A program made the translations under genes and the position numbers. Of a stretch of DNA of 64,000 nucleotides, positions 59,082 to 64,000 are shown one piece after another. This DNA comes from Amoebidium appalachense (Eukaryota; Protista; Ichthyosporea): positions 7,125,312 to 7,189,311 of the forward strand of contig CAVNZM010000003.1 in NCBI GenBank assembly GCA_963693365.1, given 5' to 3'. The notes below the pieces were generated by a model that ran no database searches, was not told where the DNA came from, and worked only from the letters and a program-made list of their open reading frames with translations. Numbering within the stretch: the stretch's first letter is position 1; every line of letters starts with the position of its first letter.

Positions 59082-60764
59082 CTGCCCCCCCCAAACCCAA
59101 CATCAGCACACCGGCCAAGCATCTTACCCCAGGAGAACTTACTCTCCTGATGGGCACGGGCATCCATCCCATGCACCACTAACCCCCCCCCCCCTCCCCT
59201 TCCGTTCCTTGCTATTCCCTAAAGCAACGTTCTCAACTGTTGACGAAGGTGGAGTCAAAGAACTGACGAAGGGTATAGCCAGCTGCTCCCGTCCAATGTT
59301 TCTTGTTTCTGATTATCTCATAGGTCCGCCACCCCTTCCACCCATAAAATATATGACCGGTTCCATCCGGTGGTCTCTCAACGCATAGCAGCGCTACAAA
59401 AGAAAATAAATTCCCCATGTGGTAGTCGGTGCTTGAATAATAATACCGCTCAAAAGAGCAAAACCACCGACTGTAAGGATTCCTGTGATCGAAAGCGAAA
59501 AATCCGGCTGGCTCCCCCTCCGCAGAGCCAGGTAAAAACTGCAGCATGGAAGGTTCCCTGCACACATGAAAGTCGGAATATCCCGGCTATGCCCCAAGGT
59601 TGAATAATCGATGCTACCAGGACGTCCCGAAGTATACACTGATGCCCTGTGTGCCTGCTTCATTGTATTCATTCCCCTCAGCAATGCCGTTGTGTCCCTC
59701 CACTCATCCATTTTTCTGCCCGTTTTCTGACGGCTAAATAAAAAATTTCGAAGCAAACGTACTCTTTGTGATGGCCACGACCCGCCAACAATTCATCTCT
59801 GTGACTAAAAGTGCACATACGGTCCACAGCTGCACACGCAAAATCCGACAAAAAAATTGATGTAGTCCGGGCTCCCTCCAGCGCTTATACTGCAACGGCT
59901 AAACGACTGCCCCAGGAGGAAGCTCGCTCGTCGAACTTCCAGCTTGCGCTCTCACCGCCTCAACGTATATGTCGCCCATGGAGCACGGGCCATATAAAAT
60001 TCCATCGTGATCGAATCTCGATACTCTCCAGATCCATTTATAATAGAAGTTGTAGGAAGTGTCCCCCCAACCGGTCGTGTACGACCACCAAAAAATCCCC
60101 TCAAAAATCCCACCCCCACGATAAGTAGATATGCTGCCGGATGCTGAAGTTTGACTCGTCTTCCAGCCGTGATGGGCGCTGATACACTTGGATACGTCTC
60201 TGATACCCTACCCTAGATTTGATACACTAGACTACACTACTATGATCGACGGCTTCCAGCTCGCATCTCCAGGCACCTGTATATTCCCCGGCTTCTCCAA
60301 CGGTCGTTCCAGGCTGTCTCCACCCTGCAAATCTGCTGTGACTGCCAGGATTTGGCTGGATACAATACGGATTCCGCCAGGCAACGATAATTACCTTCGG
60401 TCTATGGCTGGAAGAGGCCCAGAGTACGTCTCGTTTTTCGTTTTGTCACACAGCAACACACGGGGTGCGCCTGCTGCCAGCCACAAACGATAAACTTGCG
60501 CAAGCTTACGGGAGGCGGTGTAGATCTGGCCAATCAGTGTGTTGACGTTTATCGGAATGGAATGTGATGACGCACGCACCGCAGCTTCACCTGTCTTTTC
60601 AGTCACCACCTGTACAAAGAAAGTGGTAGGGTGGCGCTGTTTTTCCGTGGTGAATAAAAGTTTGAAATTGATCACCTGAGTAGTACGCTAAATGAAATTG
60701 CTATGGTGGCGCAGTCCGGGGCCATTTTGACGTTTACGGCATAAACAGGAAACGGTGTTTCTAG

Positions 60765-62839
60765 ATGGCCGTGACAGGAAACATACGAACTCCACAGGAG
60801 TCCACAAGGCTCAAGTCGCCAGTGGAGGACTCGCCACAACCATCAGCCTGGCCCCAGTCATTGCCACGATCTGGTGGTGCCGTGACATCCAATGGACGGC
60901 AGATCCTGCACATTCCTAACGTGTTTGGTTCATGATGGCGGACAACGATTCGCACGCTATTGTTTTGACACATTCCATCAAGTGGCCACACTCATTGACA
61001 CTATATGAACCAGTTTGTGAGTCAACGTTGCGCAGGAGGGGCTTAGCCTTCCACAGTTCAAGTGTTGATATTAGCTAAACATAGCCCAGCTATAAACATA
61101 CAGTCAACCGATGTTCCTTAAACCTGAACTGCAACCAATATTGCCGAGGTACATAGAAACGGTGAGCAACTAAATTAGTTTTGCACAATAGGCAAGCATG
61201 CACGCAGCACACAACGTGGCCTTTCGCAACTTTCCCAGTCAAGGCGTGTAAAGGTAGCAGAAGGAAGTCTTGTCGGCAGACACCGCCCACACACGGTCAG
61301 CCTTGCCCAACTCAGTAAAGAAGCTGATAGAAGCTTGACAGCGCCAGCCTAAAACCCCCCACACGTAGTGAGAGAATACTAATTGAGAACAACCTTCAGG
61401 GGTTGTTTTGGTCACTCCACGGGCGCCCGGGTCTATCCTCGCAACTGTTGCACTTGTGACAGCAAGCACCGTCTCATAACATGGGTTCAATAGTAAGTAG
61501 CCTGTGTGGGTGCATTGCACCAAGGGGCATGCCCTCATAAATTAATGCATAGTTATTGGCAGTGTTTCTGAATACTGCTGCATTGAGTCCATATTAACGC
61601 CCTTCAAGGGGTACTACTGGCAACACTGGCAAGCATGCAGGCACGCACGTGCACATCTCAGTCAGCACACAAGCAGGCACCTCTACAAGAAGGCACGCAC
61701 ACACCGCGCGCAAGAAGCGGCGCATGCACACAGTACCAACACACAATCAAGTGTACTACTTGGACACGCTCACACGCTCACACGCACACACGCATGAAGG
61801 CGCACACACCCACGTGTACACATGCCTGCATGCAACACACGCCAGCTTGAAGGTGCGCGCATGCGCACACATGCAAACACGGACATGCGCACGGACACGC
61901 ACAAGCACACAAGACTGCACAGTCCATACAGATAGACAATTAACAACTACACCAATGTGATAGCTACCTGCGCAGCAGACACCACAAACTTCGTGCGTGT
62001 GACCAGTGTTCTGTTCGCTGCAATGTGTCGGTGCTGTGTGTTGCACACGAATGTTTCTGGTGATGTCAGAGAGAGGCTGACTTGGGTGTTGGTTTCAGGG
62101 CACTTTGAGGCCCGGTGGAGGGGACGGCTATAGGTTTGTGTCTGCGTAAACGTACTCATGCATAGATGTCTGCCTGCACCTACATGTGCCACTGTGTGCT
62201 TGCACGTGTTTGGTGTGTTTTGTGCCTGACCGGTGTTTTGTGTGGCTGTCTAGCAGCCTGTCACCTTCCCGTGAGCTCTTGGTTGGCCCTTTAGGACACG
62301 CCCTGCTCAGATGCCGTTGAGAATTGTGGGGTGGGGGGGGGGGAAAGGAAATTTTCAAGTTGGGATCCTGATAGCCAGTGTGTTGAGGGTTGACACTGAG
62401 CACAGAAGACATGCTTGTAGGAGGTGGCGGCTGAGCAAGTAGCGCCTTGTTTGGACAGAAGTTACACATCCTTGCAACCCTCAGCTCTGTTAGATCCCAC
62501 AATGTTTTCTTTTACTCACCCCACTTTCAAATACCATTACTCTCCCCTTTCTCCACACCTCTACCCCATATGCTAGTGCCCTTTCATGTCAAACATTTAG
62601 AATACACGTGCCTGTGCTAAGGTGGGGATGCAGCAATGCGGAGGATGGACAAGCACTGCTGGGGTCAGATAGCTTCACCGACGCAGAAGGCAGCCGGTGT
62701 GTGCGTATGTGTCCGTGTGTGTGTGTGTGTGTGTATGGGGGGGGGGGGGGGGGGGGGGGGGGAGGGGGGGAGGGGGGGGAAGGGGAGGGGGGTGCAAGGT
62801 GTGTGTCACAGTATGTGTTGGTGCGTGCGCACGTGCCCG

Positions 62840-62930
<91 letters not shown>

Positions 62931-62942
62931 ATGTGTGTGTGT

Positions 62943-63029
<87 letters not shown>

Positions 63030-63334
63030 CGCATGTATGTATGTGTGCATGTGTGCTTGTGTTTGTGCGTGTCTGTGTGTGTGTGTGTTGGGTGTGTTCG
63101 TGTGTGCAGATTCGTGCATTTTTGGTTTTTATTTGCAGATCTTTCAAGGATAGTGTCTGCTCTGGGTGAGTTGAGGAGGGTCACCTATGTATGTGTCTAG
63201 GGAGGACGGGAAGAGTGGGGAGAGAGAGGCATTTGGGCGAGAGGTGTGATTTTGAGGGGGGGGAGAGGGATTGTACGTGGCGGGTACTGGCTGGATTGTT
63301 GCAGAGAGGAGAGCCTGACAACTCCCTACCGCAG
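60765..63334 (+). CDS. 5' part of an unidentified multi-exon gene, continuing beyond the window; first exon tentative
   Basis: Exons 62099-62133, 62634-62696, 63139-63165 and 63305-63334 have CAG acceptors and GT donors and splice in frame to GTLRPGGGDGYSNAEDGQALLGSDSFTDAEGSRSFKDSVCSGEESLTTPYR. Candidate ATG exon at 60765. Confidence 0.55.
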
Positions 63335-64000
63335 GTGTGTGGGTGGGTGGGGGGTGGGGGGCTGGGGGAGTGGAGCAGGGACAGGGGGGGAAAGGAGGGG
63401 GTCGGGGTTGGGGTGGAGGTGTGGGGGTGGGGGAGAAGGGAGAAGCGGGGAAGGGGGGGGGGGGGGGATTATGGCGACTGAGGAAGTATGTGATGAGGCA
63501 ATCCCAGTGGGGAGACCGCGGGGGGGGGGGGGGGGGGGGGGAGAGAAGGGGGGGGGAGGGGGGGGGGGGGGAGGGTATGTGATATGAGTTGAGTTAAATG
63601 CAAGGGTTTCGCCTTTCTGCGTTGCTGCTCCCTGCCTTCTGTGTGGCTACTCTTTGAAATCAGAGGCACACCAAACCAGAAATGTAACCAGTTAGCTAAT
63701 GACGATACACAACATCTCAAGAGGCCTTCACACCCCCTAATGCCAATCTTCTCCCCCCCCCCCCCAAAAAAAAAAAAAAAAAAGAAAAAAGAAAAAAAAA
63801 AAGGGAAAAAGGAAAAACAAATTGACAATGAAAGAGAAAACATAACTACAGGAACTGGGAAAAGGAAAAGAATAAAGAATTAACGGAAGAAAGGTATTTT
63901 TCGTCAGTACCGTAGCGTTGGGAACACAAATGGCTCCAACCAGCCCACTCCACACCTCTACCTTGGTTCTTACCCCTCCCTTTTCCGCCTCACCCCCTCC

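Overview
Eukaryotic nuclear DNA with spliceosomal GT-AG introns, probably from a unicellular opisthokont. That placement is an inference from gene content and cannot be fixed from this window alone. Almost all ORFs in the supplied track are artefacts of (TG)n/(CA)n and poly-G/poly-C tracts. Manual splicing gives seven apparently intact genes: a METTL21-family methyltransferase, a GPR1/FUN34/YaaH transporter, an OAC1/SLC25A34/35-like mitochondrial carrier, a PHACTR/Bni4-type PP1-targeting protein (5' end and one exon junction unresolved), QCR7, FCF2 and RPL6. It also gives an HLH-leucine-zipper gene split by a frameshift in a G7 run, a disrupted purple acid phosphatase, and the 5' part of an unidentified gene. 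Three TIR-bearing MITEs are present. The most interesting signals are: (1) a five-copy, 5'-truncated retroposon with a poly(C) rather than poly(A) end, target-site duplications in C-tracts and an orientation always sense to the host gene; (2) a Max/Myc-type HLH-ZIP whose basic region is replaced by an acidic stretch; (3) many 3' splice sites preceded by (CA)n, (UG)n or Cn instead of U-rich tracts; (4) minisatellites that are amplified splice junctions; (5) a weak, decayed TnpB/Fanzor-like remnant. All gene models are manual and not confirmed by transcripts.
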